Shown piece by piece: positions 24,250 to 35,017 of a DNA stretch of 64,000 bases; the stretch's first letter is position 1; every line of letters begins with the position of its first letter. Source of the DNA: an uncultured Bacteroidota bacterium (GTDB lineage: Bacteria > Bacteroidota > Bacteroidia > Bacteroidales > P3); the NCBI GenBank assembly GCA_902774845.1, contig CACYJU010000005.1:22050-86049 (forward strand). Reading direction: 5' to 3'. Below the pieces are notes generated by a model. The model searched no databases, had not been told where the DNA came from, and worked only from the letters and a program-made list of their open reading frames with translations. A program made the position numbers and the translations under genes.

Positions 24250-27200
24250 ATGCCGTATTTCACCCATTTACACGTTCACTCGCACTACTCGATTCTGGAC
24301 GGCATGTCCAAAATACCTGACCTTATCAAAAAATGCAAGGCTAACGGGATGTATGCTATGGCTCTCACGGACCACGGCAACATGTTTGGCATCAAGGACT
24401 TGGTGGATACTGTGAATAAGGAGAACGGTAAGGTTAAAGACAAGATAAAAGAACAGGAGGCTATCCTGCAGAACGACGGGGCCAGCACTGAAGAGAAGCA
24501 GGAGGCGGAGGCGAAGATGGAGTTGCTGAAAGAGCAGATATTCAAACCGATACTGGGGATTGAGACCTACTGTGCCCGCCGCACTCTCTACGACCACGAC
24601 AAGAACGTGACGGAGGTGAACGCCGAGAACGGAAAGGTGCGTATTGTGGACCGCAGCGGATGGCACCTGATCCTGCTGGCGAAGAACAAGCAGGGCTACA
24701 AGAACCTCTGCAAGCTGAGCTCGATAGCCTATATGGACGGCTTCTACGGCACTCCGAGGGTGGACCACAACGTGCTGGAACAATACCACGAGGGCATCAT
24801 CTGTTGCTCGGCCTGTCTGGGTGGCGAGGTGCCGCAGAAGATACTGGCGGGTGACCTGGAAGGGGCTGAACAGAGTGTGCTGTGGTTCAAGAACCTCTAC
24901 GGCGACGACTACTATATCGAGCTGCAACGCCACAAGACCGACAAGCAGGGTGCTGCCACCGACACCTACGAGAAGCAGGTGAGGGTGAACGAGGTGCTTA
25001 TTGGGCTGGCGAGGAAACACAACATCAAGATCGTGGCTACCAATGACGTGCACTTCGTGGAGGAGTCGCACGGCGACGCTCACGACCACCTGATTTGCAT
25101 CAGCACACAGTCGGACTTCAACGACCCGAACCGCATGCGATACACCAAGCAGGAGTGGCTGAAGAGCCCTGATGAGATGGCTGCCATCTTCGACGACCTG
25201 CCGGAGGCGCTGGAGAACACGCGTGAGGTGGTGGACAAGGTGGAGGTCTATAGTATCGACTCTGACCCGCTGATGCCCATGTTCGACATACCTGAGAGTT
25301 TCGGAACGGAGTTGCAGTGGCGTGAACGCTTCACGGAGGAGGACCTCTTCAACGAGTTCACCCAGAACGAGAAGCACGAGGTGGTGATGTCGCAGGAGGC
25401 GGCGGAGAAGAAGATAAAGAAGCTGGGCGGCTACGAGAAGCTGTACCGCATCAAGTTTGAGGCCGACTACCTGGAGAAGCTGGTGTGGGACGGCGCTCAC
25501 ATGCGCTACGGCGAAAACCTGACGGACGAGCAGAAGGAGCGCATCATCTTCGAGCTGCACACCATCAAGACGATGGGATTTCCGGGATACTTCCTCATAG
25601 TGAGCGACTACATACGTGCCGCCCGCGAGGAGCTGGGTGTGAGCGTGGGACCGGGACGTGGCAGCGCCGCCGGTAGCGTGGTGGCCTACTGTCTGAAGAT
25701 CACCGACGTTGACCCGCTGAAATACGACCTCCTGTTTGAGCGTTTCCTCAACCCCGACCGTATCTCGCTGCCCGATATCGACGTGGACTTCGACGACGCG
25801 GGTCGTGGTAAGGTGCTGGATTGGATTACGGAGAAATACGGCAAAGAGAAGGTGGCTCATATCATCACCTACGGCAAGATGGCCACCAAGTCGGTGATAG
25901 CCGACGTGGGACGTGTGGAGGGTGTGTCGCTGGACACGGTGAACCGCATCAAAAGCTATATCCCCGACAAATTCCCCGACGGCATGAAGGACGCAAGCGG
26001 CAAGGTGCTGGAGAAGGCTCCCAAGGTGAACCTGGAAAACTGCTACAAGTATGTGCCGGAGCTGAAAGCCATTATGGAAGGCACCTCCAACCCGATGGAC
26101 AACGAGTTGAAGTCGATGCTGGAGTATGCCGAAGAGCTGGAAGACACCAACCGCCAGATAGGCATCCACGCCTGTGGCGTGATCATAGGTGCAGATGACC
26201 TGACGAAGTTCGCTCCGATATGCACCATCAAGGACAAAGACACTGGGCAGGATGTGGTGGTGACTCAATATGACGGTCATGTGGTGGAGAACGTGGGTCT
26301 TATCAAGATGGACTTCCTCGGGCTCAAGAACCTGACCATCATCAAGGACGCCCTCGCCAACATCAAACGGCGCCACGGGATTGATATAGACATCGACCAC
26401 ATTCCTATCGACGACGAGAAGACCTATAAGCTCTTCAGTGAGGGCAACACCGTAGGCACGTTCCAATTTGAGTCGCCCGGAATGCAGAAATACCTGCGTG
26501 AGCTGGAGCCTCATGTCTTTGAGGACCTTATCGCTATGAACGCTCTCTACCGTCCGGGCCCGATGGACTATATCCCCGACTTCATCGAGCGCAAGCAGGG
26601 CCGCAAGCCTATCACCTATGACATACCCTGCATGGAGAAGTACCTGAAGGACACCTACGGCATCACGGTCTATCAGGAGCAGGTCATGCTACTGAGTCGC
26701 CAGCTGGCGGGTTTCACGAGGGGTCAGAGCGACACCCTGCGCAAGGCGATGGGTAAGAAGCAGATTGACAAGATGAACGAGCTGGAACAGCTCTTCTACG
26801 AGGGGGGTGAGAAGAACGGTCATCCGCACGAAGTGCTGCATAAGATCTGGGAGGACTGGAAGAAATTCGCCGCCTACGCCTTCAATAAATCGCACGCCAC
26901 CTGCTACTCGTGGGTGGCCTACCAGACGGCTTACCTGAAAGCCAACTACCCGGCTGAATATATGGCTGCGGTGCTGACCAGCGGTCAGGACGATATAACC
27001 CGCACCACTCAGATAATCGAGGACTGCCGCAAGCATGGGATAGACGTGCTGCTGCCGTCGGTGAACGAGTCGGAGAAGAACTTCGCCGTGAACAGCAACG
27101 GACAGATAAGGTTCGGCCTGCAGGCCATCTCAGGTATGGGTGAGGCCGCCGCGGAGGTGATCATAAAAGAGAGAGAAGAGAACGGTCCTTATGTCGACAT

Positions 27201-28149
27201 CTTCGACTTCCTGGCACGCGTTGACCTGCACACCATAAACAGGAAGAACGTGGAGGTGCTTGTGAAAGCTGGTGCTTTCGACGGACTGGGTACGATGCAC
27301 AGGGCTCAGTATTTCCACAGGGAGATAGACAACGAGAACTGTCCGACGTATCTGGAAAAACTGGTGCGCTGGGCGGTGAGGAACCAAGAGAACGCCGACT
27401 CGTCGCAGATGTCGATATTCGACATGTCGGACGAGATAAAGGAAGAGCAGCATCCCGACGCACCTCAGTGTGAGCCGTGGAGCACCATAGAGCAGTGCCG
27501 CAACGAGAAAGAGGTGATCGGCTTCTACCTCAGCGCCCACCCGCTCGACGAGTTCATGTACGAGATGAAGAACTTCGTCAACACCCAGGTCTCGGCTCTG
27601 AATGAATACGAAAAGATAAAGCTGACGAAGATAACCTTCGGCGGCATGGTGGCTGACATCAAAACCGGCATCTCGCAAAAGAACGGCAACCCCTACGGGA
27701 GGATGACGATAGAGGACTACTCTGGCACCTACGAGATAGCGCTCTGGGGTAAGGACTACCAGCGCCTGAAACTCTATTTCGAGAAGGGTCTGTTCGTCTA
27801 CTGCACAGCTTCGGTGAAGAGTTACAAGCGGAAGAACGATGACGGGACCTTCACAGAGTCGCCCCCGAAACTGAACATAGAGGACATCATGCTGCTGGGC
27901 GACACGATGGCTCGCTTCGCCAGAGGTCTGAACATCGCGATACCGCTGAGCTGCGTGAATAAGGAATTCTGCTCCAAGATGTCGAAAATACTTGCCGACA
28001 GCAAGGGTTCGATACCGCTCAAGGTGTTCGTGACGCATAACGACATGTCGCTTACGATGATGCCGAGAGGTCAGAAGGTCGACGCGAAGAAATTCCTAAA
28101 AGCCATAAGCGGCATGGATTGCATATATAACGTCAAAATAAACCAGTGA
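24250..28149 (+). CDS. dnaE: DNA polymerase III alpha subunit
   Basis: PHP domain HLHVHSHYSILDG ... LTDHGNMFG, polymerase core GPGRGSAAGS ... PDIDVDF, 1299 aa. Confidence 0.97.
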   Translation: MPYFTHLHVHSHYSILDGMSKIPDLIKKCKANGMYAMALTDHGNMFGIKDLVDTVNKENGKVKDKIKEQEAILQNDGASTEEKQEAEAKMELLKEQIFKPILGIETYCARRTLYDHDKNVTEVNAENGKVRIVDRSGWHLILLAKNKQGYKNLCKLSSIAYMDGFYGTPRVDHNVLEQYHEGIICCSACLGGEVPQKILAGDLEGAEQSVLWFKNLYGDDYYIELQRHKTDKQGAATDTYEKQVRVNEVLIGLARKHNIKIVATNDVHFVEESHGDAHDHLICISTQSDFNDPNRMRYTKQEWLKSPDEMAAIFDDLPEALENTREVVDKVEVYSIDSDPLMPMFDIPESFGTELQWRERFTEEDLFNEFTQNEKHEVVMSQEAAEKKIKKLGGYEKLYRIKFEADYLEKLVWDGAHMRYGENLTDEQKERIIFELHTIKTMGFPGYFLIVSDYIRAAREELGVSVGPGRGSAAGSVVAYCLKITDVDPLKYDLLFERFLNPDRISLPDIDVDFDDAGRGKVLDWITEKYGKEKVAHIITYGKMATKSVIADVGRVEGVSLDTVNRIKSYIPDKFPDGMKDASGKVLEKAPKVNLENCYKYVPELKAIMEGTSNPMDNELKSMLEYAEELEDTNRQIGIHACGVIIGADDLTKFAPICTIKDKDTGQDVVVTQYDGHVVENVGLIKMDFLGLKNLTIIKDALANIKRRHGIDIDIDHIPIDDEKTYKLFSEGNTVGTFQFESPGMQKYLRELEPHVFEDLIAMNALYRPGPMDYIPDFIERKQGRKPITYDIPCMEKYLKDTYGITVYQEQVMLLSRQLAGFTRGQSDTLRKAMGKKQIDKMNELEQLFYEGGEKNGHPHEVLHKIWEDWKKFAAYAFNKSHATCYSWVAYQTAYLKANYPAEYMAAVLTSGQDDITRTTQIIEDCRKHGIDVLLPSVNESEKNFAVNSNGQIRFGLQAISGMGEAAAEVIIKEREENGPYVDIFDFLARVDLHTINRKNVEVLVKAGAFDGLGTMHRAQYFHREIDNENCPTYLEKLVRWAVRNQENADSSQMSIFDMSDEIKEEQHPDAPQCEPWSTIEQCRNEKEVIGFYLSAHPLDEFMYEMKNFVNTQVSALNEYEKIKLTKITFGGMVADIKTGISQKNGNPYGRMTIEDYSGTYEIALWGKDYQRLKLYFEKGLFVYCTASVKSYKRKNDDGTFTESPPKLNIEDIMLLGDTMARFARGLNIAIPLSCVNKEFCSKMSKILADSKGSIPLKVFVTHNDMSLTMMPRGQKVDAKKFLKAISGMDCIYNVKINQ

Positions 28150-29081
28150 TGACCATTGCACTACAGACCCCTGTGACCATCCCGGCGACAAAGCTGAGAA
28201 TCGACCATAAGTGTCGACTGATGCTTATGGGCAGCTGCTTCAGCGACGCCATAGGCGCACGTATGGAGGAATGTGGGTTTGACGTGCTGTCCAATCCGTT
28301 CGGCACGTTGTATAATCCGCTGTCGATAGAACAGTGCCTGAACCGCAGTATGGAACCTAAGCCGCTGGATGCCGACGATGTGGTGTTCCACAACGGCCTG
28401 TGGCACTCGTGGCTCCATCATGGCAAATACTCCAATTCGGATCGCAACGCTCTCCTTGCCAACTGTCTGGACTCGATGCATAAGGTGCATAACCATATCC
28501 AGCGGCCTTCGGTTTTGCTGTTCACCTTTGGCACCGCATACGTCTTCAAGCACGACGGGAGGGTGGTGAGCAACTGCCACAAGCTGCCTTCGTCGCTCTT
28601 TGAACGTACAAGGCTGACTGTCGACGAGATCGTTGCCGTGTGGAGGCCGCTGTTGCGGAGGTTTGCTGACGAGGGACATCGGGTGGTGATGACCGTCAGC
28701 CCCATAAGACATTTGGCTGACGGTGCCCACGGGAATCAGATAAGCAAGTCTACGCTGCTGCTGGCTGTGGAACGCTTGTGCGAGGATGGGTTGGCAGAAT
28801 ACTTCCCGGCTTATGAAATTCTCCTCGACGAACTGCGCGACTACCGTTTCTATGCTGACGATATGACACACCCGTCGGAGTTGGCGGAAGAAATTGTGTG
28901 GCAACGGTTCCAGGAGACCTATATGTCGAAAGAGACCATAGATCGTTGTCTGAAATATCAGAAGCTCGACAGGATGAAAAAACATCGTGCTATGCATGGC
29001 GACTCAGCGGAATATGAGAAATATGAGAAGAAACTGGCAGAACTGGAGTCCGAACTTGGCAATCAAGCACTAACACACTAA
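28146..29081 (+). CDS. GSCFA-family protein
   Basis: N-terminal LMLMGSCFSDAIG, the family's name-giving motif. A 4-nt overlap links it to dnaE. Confidence 0.75.
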   Translation: MMTIALQTPVTIPATKLRIDHKCRLMLMGSCFSDAIGARMEECGFDVLSNPFGTLYNPLSIEQCLNRSMEPKPLDADDVVFHNGLWHSWLHHGKYSNSDRNALLANCLDSMHKVHNHIQRPSVLLFTFGTAYVFKHDGRVVSNCHKLPSSLFERTRLTVDEIVAVWRPLLRRFADEGHRVVMTVSPIRHLADGAHGNQISKSTLLLAVERLCEDGLAEYFPAYEILLDELRDYRFYADDMTHPSELAEEIVWQRFQETYMSKETIDRCLKYQKLDRMKKHRAMHGDSAEYEKYEKKLAELESELGNQALTH

Positions 29082-29107
29082 CACATTAACACAATAACGC
29101 ATTCAAA
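29068..29107. repeat. Five 8-bp tandem units (CACTAACA x2, CATTAACA, CAATAACG, CATTCAAA)
   Basis: Read directly from the sequence. The GSCFA stop codon TAA (29079-81) lies inside unit 2. Confidence 0.9.
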
Positions 29108-29122
29108 CATATCTAATAAATC

Positions 29123-30112
29123 ATGAAAAACATAGCAATAGTAATGGGTGGCTACTCAGGTGAGCACGACATCTCAATCAACAGCGGCACTCAGGTATAC
29201 AACACTCTCGGAAAGGAAAAATACAACGTGGTGCGTGTGGTTATCGAGCGCGACGGCTGGTATGGCCTCGACGACAACGACAACCGCCTGCCGCTGGACA
29301 AGAACGACTTCAGCGTGATGATGAACGGGGAAAAAATCTCCTTCGACCTCGCTTTCATACTCATACATGGCAATCCAGGTGAGAACGGCGTGCTGCAGGG
29401 CTATTTCGACATGCTGGGCATACGCTATACCACCTGCGGTTTCTACACCTCGTCGCTGACTTTCCACAAGGGATACTGCAACGCGCTGGTGCGGAGCTTG
29501 GATGTGGTGAATGTGGCCAAGTCGGTGCTGCTCTACAAAGGGCAGGATGTCGATGCAAAAGCGATAATCGGTCAGCTGGGATTGCCCGTGTTTGTGAAGC
29601 CTGCCACGGGCGGAAGCAGCGTGGCTACGACGAAGGTGAAGAGCGAAGAGGCGTTGCTGCCTGCCATAAAGGAGGCTTTCACTGAAGCCGACGAGGTGAT
29701 GGTGGAGCAGTTCGTCAAAGGGCGTGAGTTCGACTGCGGTGTCTTCCGTTCGACGGACCGCAAGTATGTCTTTCCGATAACCGAGATTGTGCCTAAGGGT
29801 GATCATGAGTTCTTCGACTACGACGCGAAATACAATGGATTCTCCAACGAGATAACGCCAGCCGAAGTGGAGGAAGATGTTGCGGCGCTGATTCAGCAGA
29901 CCTCGGACAAGCTCTATGATATGATTAACTGCAGCGGCATTGTACGTTTCGACTACATCTACGACACCGAGCGGAAGATGCTCTATTTCCTCGAGGTGAA
30001 CACCATACCGGGTCAGAGTGCCGAAAGCATCGTGCCGAAACAGGCCCGTGCAATGGGCATCAGCACGAAAGAACTGTACGAGATGGCAATAGAGACTGCG
30101 CTGGCGAACTAA
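29123..30112 (+). CDS. ddl: D-alanine--D-alanine ligase
   Basis: IAIVMGGYSGEHDISINSG, an ATP-grasp core, and FLEVNTIPG. Confidence 0.93.
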   Translation: MKNIAIVMGGYSGEHDISINSGTQVYNTLGKEKYNVVRVVIERDGWYGLDDNDNRLPLDKNDFSVMMNGEKISFDLAFILIHGNPGENGVLQGYFDMLGIRYTTCGFYTSSLTFHKGYCNALVRSLDVVNVAKSVLLYKGQDVDAKAIIGQLGLPVFVKPATGGSSVATTKVKSEEALLPAIKEAFTEADEVMVEQFVKGREFDCGVFRSTDRKYVFPITEIVPKGDHEFFDYDAKYNGFSNEITPAEVEEDVAALIQQTSDKLYDMINCSGIVRFDYIYDTERKMLYFLEVNTIPGQSAESIVPKQARAMGISTKELYEMAIETALAN

Positions 30113-30157
30113 AATCAAGCTGTCAAACGTAGTTTTGTAAGTTTATAATTCACAAAT

Positions 30158-30931
30158 ATGTTATTTGAAAACTCGATAGTAGGACCTATACATAGTCGGA
30201 GGCTCGGCTCCTCGTTGGGGGTGAATCTGCTGCCTCTCAAACATAAATACTGCTCGTACGACTGCATCTATTGCGAATGTGGATGGAACAAGGAGTCGGA
30301 AGCACAGGAGAAGGTATTCGCTACACCGCAGGAACTGAGAGAGCTGTTGCAACGACGCTTGGAACAGCTGAAGAAAGACAATGCACAGGTGGACTCGTTC
30401 ACCTTTGCGGGCAATGGCGAGCCGACACTCTATCCTCAGTTTCCAGAGATGGTGGATATGGTCATCGAGATGCGTGACCGCTACTACCCCGATGCCGTCA
30501 CCACCTTGCTCACCAACGCCACACAGTTGAAGCACAAGGCAATATTCGATGCGGTACAGAGGCTCGACAATCCGGTGCTGAAGCTCGATGCGGGTACGGA
30601 ACGTATGCGTCAGCTCATCAACAAGAACAACGATATGGGCTGCACTTGGGACGAGTTGCTCTCAAACCTTATCGCCTTTGGAAAGAAGGGGATAATCCAG
30701 ACGTTGCTTTTCGACGGACGCAGCGACGGGGTGACTGTGAGCAACATCATCCCTGAGGAGTTTAACCCCTATCTGGAACACCTGAAAAAGATAAGGCCAA
30801 GGTATGTGATGTTGTATGCTTTGGACCGTGCGACACCAGAAAAAGACTTGCGGAAACTCAATGTGGAAGAACTGGAAAGGTATGCACAAATGATTAGAAG
30901 AGAGGGAATTGAGGTGAAGGTGTATGGCTGA
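30158..30931 (+). CDS. Radical SAM protein
   Basis: CSYDCIYCECG is a CxxxCxxC cluster near the N-terminus. Confidence 0.75.
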   Translation: MLFENSIVGPIHSRRLGSSLGVNLLPLKHKYCSYDCIYCECGWNKESEAQEKVFATPQELRELLQRRLEQLKKDNAQVDSFTFAGNGEPTLYPQFPEMVDMVIEMRDRYYPDAVTTLLTNATQLKHKAIFDAVQRLDNPVLKLDAGTERMRQLINKNNDMGCTWDELLSNLIAFGKKGIIQTLLFDGRSDGVTVSNIIPEEFNPYLEHLKKIRPRYVMLYALDRATPEKDLRKLNVEELERYAQMIRREGIEVKVYG

Positions 30932-30967
30932 GAAATAAAAAATATTTGCTAATTGACAGAAAAGATG

Positions 30968-30975
30968 TATCTTTG
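30968..30975 (+). promoter_or_regulatory. -7 promoter box TAtcTTTG for tRNA-Cys
   Basis: gTATCTTTGcatcg lies 21 nt upstream of the tRNA 5' end. Confidence 0.6.
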
Positions 30976-30995
30976 CATCGTGGTTTGATAAAAAA

Positions 30996-31066
30996 GGTCG
31001 TTTGGCCGAGGGGCTAGGCACAGGTCTGCAAAACCTGCTACTCCGGTTCAAATCCGGAAGCGACCT
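30996..31066 (+). tRNA. tRNA-Cys (GCA)
   Basis: Acceptor GGTCGTT/AGCGACC, anticodon arm CAGGT-CTGCAAA-ACCTG, T arm TCCGG-TTCAAAT-CCGGA. Folded by hand. Confidence 0.85.
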
Positions 31067-31073
31067 CAAAAAG

Positions 31074-31101
31074 AAAAAGGACTTCAACTGAAGTCCTTTT
31101 T
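31074..31101. terminator. Bidirectional Rho-independent terminator
   Basis: aaaaaggactt-caactg-aagtccttttt lies between tRNA-Cys (+) and uvrB (-). Confidence 0.75.
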
Positions 31102-31156
31102 CTTTTCTTGGAATTAGAAGCTGTTTAAATTTGATTGATGAAATAGAAACAGATTT

Positions 31157-33292
31157 TCACTTTCCCCTTGCGTCGTTCAGCACTTCCTGCATCGCTTTTA
31201 TCTCATCTCGATAGCGTGCCGCCGCCATAAAGTCCATCTCCTTCGCGGCGAGCTGCATCTTGCGTTGTGCCTCGCGGATGTCTTTGCGCAGTTGTTCTTT
31301 GCTGCGAGGGTCAATCTTGACTGCCTGCTGTCCGCTATCCGCAGCCTGCTTCCCATACTCCTGTCCATCTTCTGCTACCTTCGTTGTGGGTACCGCTGGT
31401 GTGTTCAGGGCATACGGCGACGCCGCTATATTGGGCACGTTGGGTGGCTCGGGGGCTTTGTATTCGTCTCGCTCTTCAGCGGCTCTCTCTATCACCGAGG
31501 TGCTGCCCATTATCGCCTCCGTGCTTTTCACTATCTGGCGTGGCACGATATGGTGTTCGAGGTTATAGCGTATCTGTTTTTCGCGATGACGGTTGGTTTC
31601 GTCTATGGCTCGTTGCATACTTCCGGTTATCGTGTCGCCATAGAGGATGGCCTTGCTGTGCACGTTACGTGCTGCACGGCCTATGGTCTGAATCAACGCT
31701 CGGTCGCTGCGTAGGAATCCCTCCTTGTCGGCATCGAGTATCGCCACCAGCGACACTTCGGGCAGGTCGAGTCCTTCTCTCAGGAGGTTGACTCCCACCA
31801 GTACGTCGAACACACCCATACGCAGATCTCTCATTATCTCCACACGTTCAAGTGTGTCCACGTCGGAGTGGATGTATTTGGTGCGTATGCCGAGGTTTAT
31901 CAGGTATGACGATAGCTCCTCTGCCATACGCTTGGTCAGGGTGGTGACGAGCACACGCTCTTTCTTATATACGGTCTTCTCTATCTCGTCAAGCAGGTCG
32001 TCGACTTGGTTTATAGCCGGTCGTACCTCCACCACGGGGTCGAGCAGTCCTGTGGGTCGTATCACCTGCTCCACGACCACACCTTCGGCCTCCGCCAGCT
32101 CGTATTCGGCTGGGGTCGCACTGATGTATATCGTTTGGTGGGTAAGGTTGTAGAACTCGTCGTAGGTGAGAGGACGGTTGTCTAATGCCGACGGTAGGCG
32201 GAACCCATACTCGACCAGAGAGGTCTTGCGGCTTCTGTCGCCTCCATACATGGCTCGAATCTGAGGTATGGTGACATGACTCTCGTCGACCACCAGCAGG
32301 AAGTCGTCTGGGAAATAGTCAATCAGACAGAATGGACGGCTGCCTTCGCGTCGTCCGTCGAAATATCGCGAGTAGTTCTCGATGCCGCTGCAGTAGCCCA
32401 GTTCGGCAATCATCTCGATGTCGTAGTTGACCCTCTCTTCAAGGCGGGCGGCTTCGAGGTTGCGTCCTTGCTCTTTGAACCAATCACGGCGCTCGAACAT
32501 GTCTGTCTGTATCTGATGCAGCACCTCGGACATGCTGTCTTTCGAGGTTATGAAGTTGCTGGCAGGGTAGATGTAAGCATCTTTAAGTCTTTCGATACGG
32601 TTGCCGCTAACGGGGTCAAAACTCTCGATGCTCTCTATCTCATCATCCCAGAAGCAGACGCGATAACAGAAGTCGGCAAACGACGGAAAGATGTCTACGG
32701 TGTCGCCCTTCACACGGAACCGTCCGTTGACGAACTCTATCTCATTGCGCACATATTGGGCATCAAGCAGCGAGGCGAGCAGGTGGTCTCGCACCAGCTT
32801 GTCGCCTACTTTGATATGTATGGTGCTCTCTTTGAAGCTTTCGGGATTTCCTATGCCGTAGATGCAGCTCACCGAGCAGACCACTATCACGTCCCTGCGT
32901 CCACTCAGCAACGCTGATGAGGCGCGCAGACGGAGTTTGTCCAGCTCGTCGTTTATGGCGAGGTCTTTTTCTATGTAGGTGTTTGTCGAGGGTATATAGG
33001 CTTCGGGTTGATAGTAGTCGTAGTAGCTCACGAAATACTCCACCGCATTGTTTGGGAAGAATTGTTTGAACTCTCCGTAGAGCTGCGCCGCAAGTGTCTT
33101 GTTGTGGCTCATCACCAGTGTCGGACGGTTCAGCTTCGCAATAACGTTAGCTACGGTGAACGTCTTGCCCGAACCGGTGACGCCGAGCAGTACCTGAGCC
33201 CGCTGGCCAGCGTTGATGCCGTCTACCAGTTGCTGTATGGCTTCTGGTTGGTCGCCCATAGGCGCAAAGTCCGATCTCAGTTCAAAGTCCAC
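31157..33292 (-). CDS. uvrB: Excinuclease ABC subunit B
   Basis: GVTGSGKTFT, YYDYYQPEAY, helicase motifs, and the C-terminal UVR domain MDFMAAARYRDEIKAM. A low-complexity linker precedes the UVR domain. Confidence 0.96.
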   Translation of the reverse strand: MDFELRSDFAPMGDQPEAIQQLVDGINAGQRAQVLLGVTGSGKTFTVANVIAKLNRPTLVMSHNKTLAAQLYGEFKQFFPNNAVEYFVSYYDYYQPEAYIPSTNTYIEKDLAINDELDKLRLRASSALLSGRRDVIVVCSVSCIYGIGNPESFKESTIHIKVGDKLVRDHLLASLLDAQYVRNEIEFVNGRFRVKGDTVDIFPSFADFCYRVCFWDDEIESIESFDPVSGNRIERLKDAYIYPASNFITSKDSMSEVLHQIQTDMFERRDWFKEQGRNLEAARLEERVNYDIEMIAELGYCSGIENYSRYFDGRREGSRPFCLIDYFPDDFLLVVDESHVTIPQIRAMYGGDRSRKTSLVEYGFRLPSALDNRPLTYDEFYNLTHQTIYISATPAEYELAEAEGVVVEQVIRPTGLLDPVVEVRPAINQVDDLLDEIEKTVYKKERVLVTTLTKRMAEELSSYLINLGIRTKYIHSDVDTLERVEIMRDLRMGVFDVLVGVNLLREGLDLPEVSLVAILDADKEGFLRSDRALIQTIGRAARNVHSKAILYGDTITGSMQRAIDETNRHREKQIRYNLEHHIVPRQIVKSTEAIMGSTSVIERAAEERDEYKAPEPPNVPNIAASPYALNTPAVPTTKVAEDGQEYGKQAADSGQQAVKIDPRSKEQLRKDIREAQRKMQLAAKEMDFMAAARYRDEIKAMQEVLNDARGK

Positions 33293-33306
33293 GGTTTATT
33301 AAGGTG

Positions 33307-34824
33307 TTAATCGTTTGATGCTAAATGATCCACTGCGTTGATTCCGTCCATGGCCGACGAGACTATTCCGCCGGCGTAACCTGCCCCTTCGCCACAGGGA
33401 TAGAGTCCTCGCAGTTGCGGGTGCTGGAAGTCGGCGCCACGTGGTATCCTGACTGGCGATGAGGTGCGGCTTTCTACCGCCAGCAGTGAGGCATCGGTGG
33501 TATAGAATCCATGCATCTTGCGGTCGAAGTCTTTGAACGCCTGCTGCAGGCTTTTGACCACAAAGGCTGGCATCAGCTCGTGTAATGGGGCCGACATGCT
33601 CTCTCCCATATAGTTGTTCTTACCAAGTCTTGATGTTACTCGTCCTTCGCAGAAGTCTGTGAGACGCTGTGCCGGCGCGACTGCGTCCTTTCCGGTCGCT
33701 GCAAACATATTCTTTTCTACATCCTCTTGGAATCGTAGCAAGGCCAGCTCTCCGTATTGTGCGTATTCCGGCACGTCGTTCATAGAGACGGTAACCGCTA
33801 TTCCGCTGTTGGCAAAGGGCGAGTTGCGTTTCGAGTTGCTCATGCCGTTCACCACCTGATGCCCTTCGGCGGTGGTGGCTGGCACGATGATGCCACCCGG
33901 ACACATGCAGAACGAGAACACTCCGTGTCCCTCCACCTGTGTTGTGAGGCTGTACGCCGCAGGCGGTAGGAGAGGGGAGTAGTGTTTTGTGTGATACTGT
34001 ATCGAGTTTATCAGTTCCTGTGGGTGTTCCACCCTTACGCCCAGGGCAAATGGTTTGGCTTCGAGCTGCCATCCTCGCTCATGGAACAGGTGATAGATGT
34101 CGCGTGCCGAATGGCCGGTGGCGAGTATCACGGCTTTGCCCTCATAGCGGTTGCCGTGCTGGTCAACTACGCCGGTGATTTGCTGACTGGCGCCTACTGC
34201 CTGCTGCCTGCTAACCAAATCCGTCACGCGGCAGTCGAAATGGTATTCGCCCCCGTGTTCCACTATGGTCTCTCGCATACGTGCTATGATGGGGCTCAGC
34301 TTATCTGTGCCTATATGGGCGTGGGCGTCGATGAGGATCTTCTCGTCGGCACCGTGTTCGATGAATTTCTTTAAGACGAGGCTGATGTCGCCGCGTTTGG
34401 TGCTGCGGGTGTAGAGTTTGCCGTCGCTGTAGGTGCCTGCGCCGCCCTCTCCGAAACACCAGTTGCTGTCGGGGTTCACCTGATGTTCCTTGGTCAGCTT
34501 GGCTATGTCGTATTTGCGGTCCGTAACCGCCTTGCCGCGTTCAATTATTATGGGTTTCAAGCCCAACTCCAACGCACGCAATGCGGCGAACAGACCTGCT
34601 GGTCCGGCTCCGACGATGACTACGGGCTCTGCGTTGCGACAGTCTTTATAGTCGGAGCGGTAGTCTGGCTGCGGTACCGTCTCGCCTGTGTCATAGACCT
34701 CCATCACCGTGTGGTATCTCACCCCACGGCGCGAGTCGAGGCTGCGCTTCACAATACGCACGCGCTCGTCCAGTTCCGCCTCGCGGTACTGTTCAGGTGT
34801 CAGGTCAACATTCAGCAGTTTCAT
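33307..34824 (-). CDS. NAD(P)/FAD-dependent oxidoreductase (COG2509-like)
   Basis: Rossmann motif VVIVGAGPAGLFAA, and the C-terminal YPCGEGAGYAGGI. Confidence 0.7.
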   Translation of the reverse strand: MKLLNVDLTPEQYREAELDERVRIVKRSLDSRRGVRYHTVMEVYDTGETVPQPDYRSDYKDCRNAEPVVIVGAGPAGLFAALRALELGLKPIIIERGKAVTDRKYDIAKLTKEHQVNPDSNWCFGEGGAGTYSDGKLYTRSTKRGDISLVLKKFIEHGADEKILIDAHAHIGTDKLSPIIARMRETIVEHGGEYHFDCRVTDLVSRQQAVGASQQITGVVDQHGNRYEGKAVILATGHSARDIYHLFHERGWQLEAKPFALGVRVEHPQELINSIQYHTKHYSPLLPPAAYSLTTQVEGHGVFSFCMCPGGIIVPATTAEGHQVVNGMSNSKRNSPFANSGIAVTVSMNDVPEYAQYGELALLRFQEDVEKNMFAATGKDAVAPAQRLTDFCEGRVTSRLGKNNYMGESMSAPLHELMPAFVVKSLQQAFKDFDRKMHGFYTTDASLLAVESRTSSPVRIPRGADFQHPQLRGLYPCGEGAGYAGGIVSSAMDGINAVDHLASND

Positions 34825-34952
34825 CGTCGTTAGCGTTAGCCGTAGTAAGTTGTATAACGGAAAAATTGGCTATTTATTGACAGATTTGTTGATTTTATGT
34901 ACTTTTGCACCTAATATAAAACCTACTAAACTCAAATAGCAGACAGTAATCC

Positions 34953-35008
34953 CACTAATACATTCAAGCAATCAAGCAATAACGCATTCAAGCATTTAAA
35001 CGTATTAA
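34953..35008. repeat. Seven 8-bp tandem units (CACTAATA, CATTCAAG, CAATCAAG, CAATAACG ...)
   Basis: Read directly from the sequence. It lies in the divergent intergenic region. Confidence 0.9.
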
Positions 35009-35017
35009 CATATCATC

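Noticed and set aside
24268-26514. A 748-aa ORF on the minus strand, plus several other long antisense ORFs (27130-28038, 28161-28997, 29174-30118).
   Set aside because: These ORFs lie entirely antisense to dnaE, GSCFA and ddl, whose motifs are unambiguous. Their translations are low-complexity and rich in V, L, H and R, with no recognisable motif. This is typical of stop-poor antisense frames in GC-biased coding DNA.
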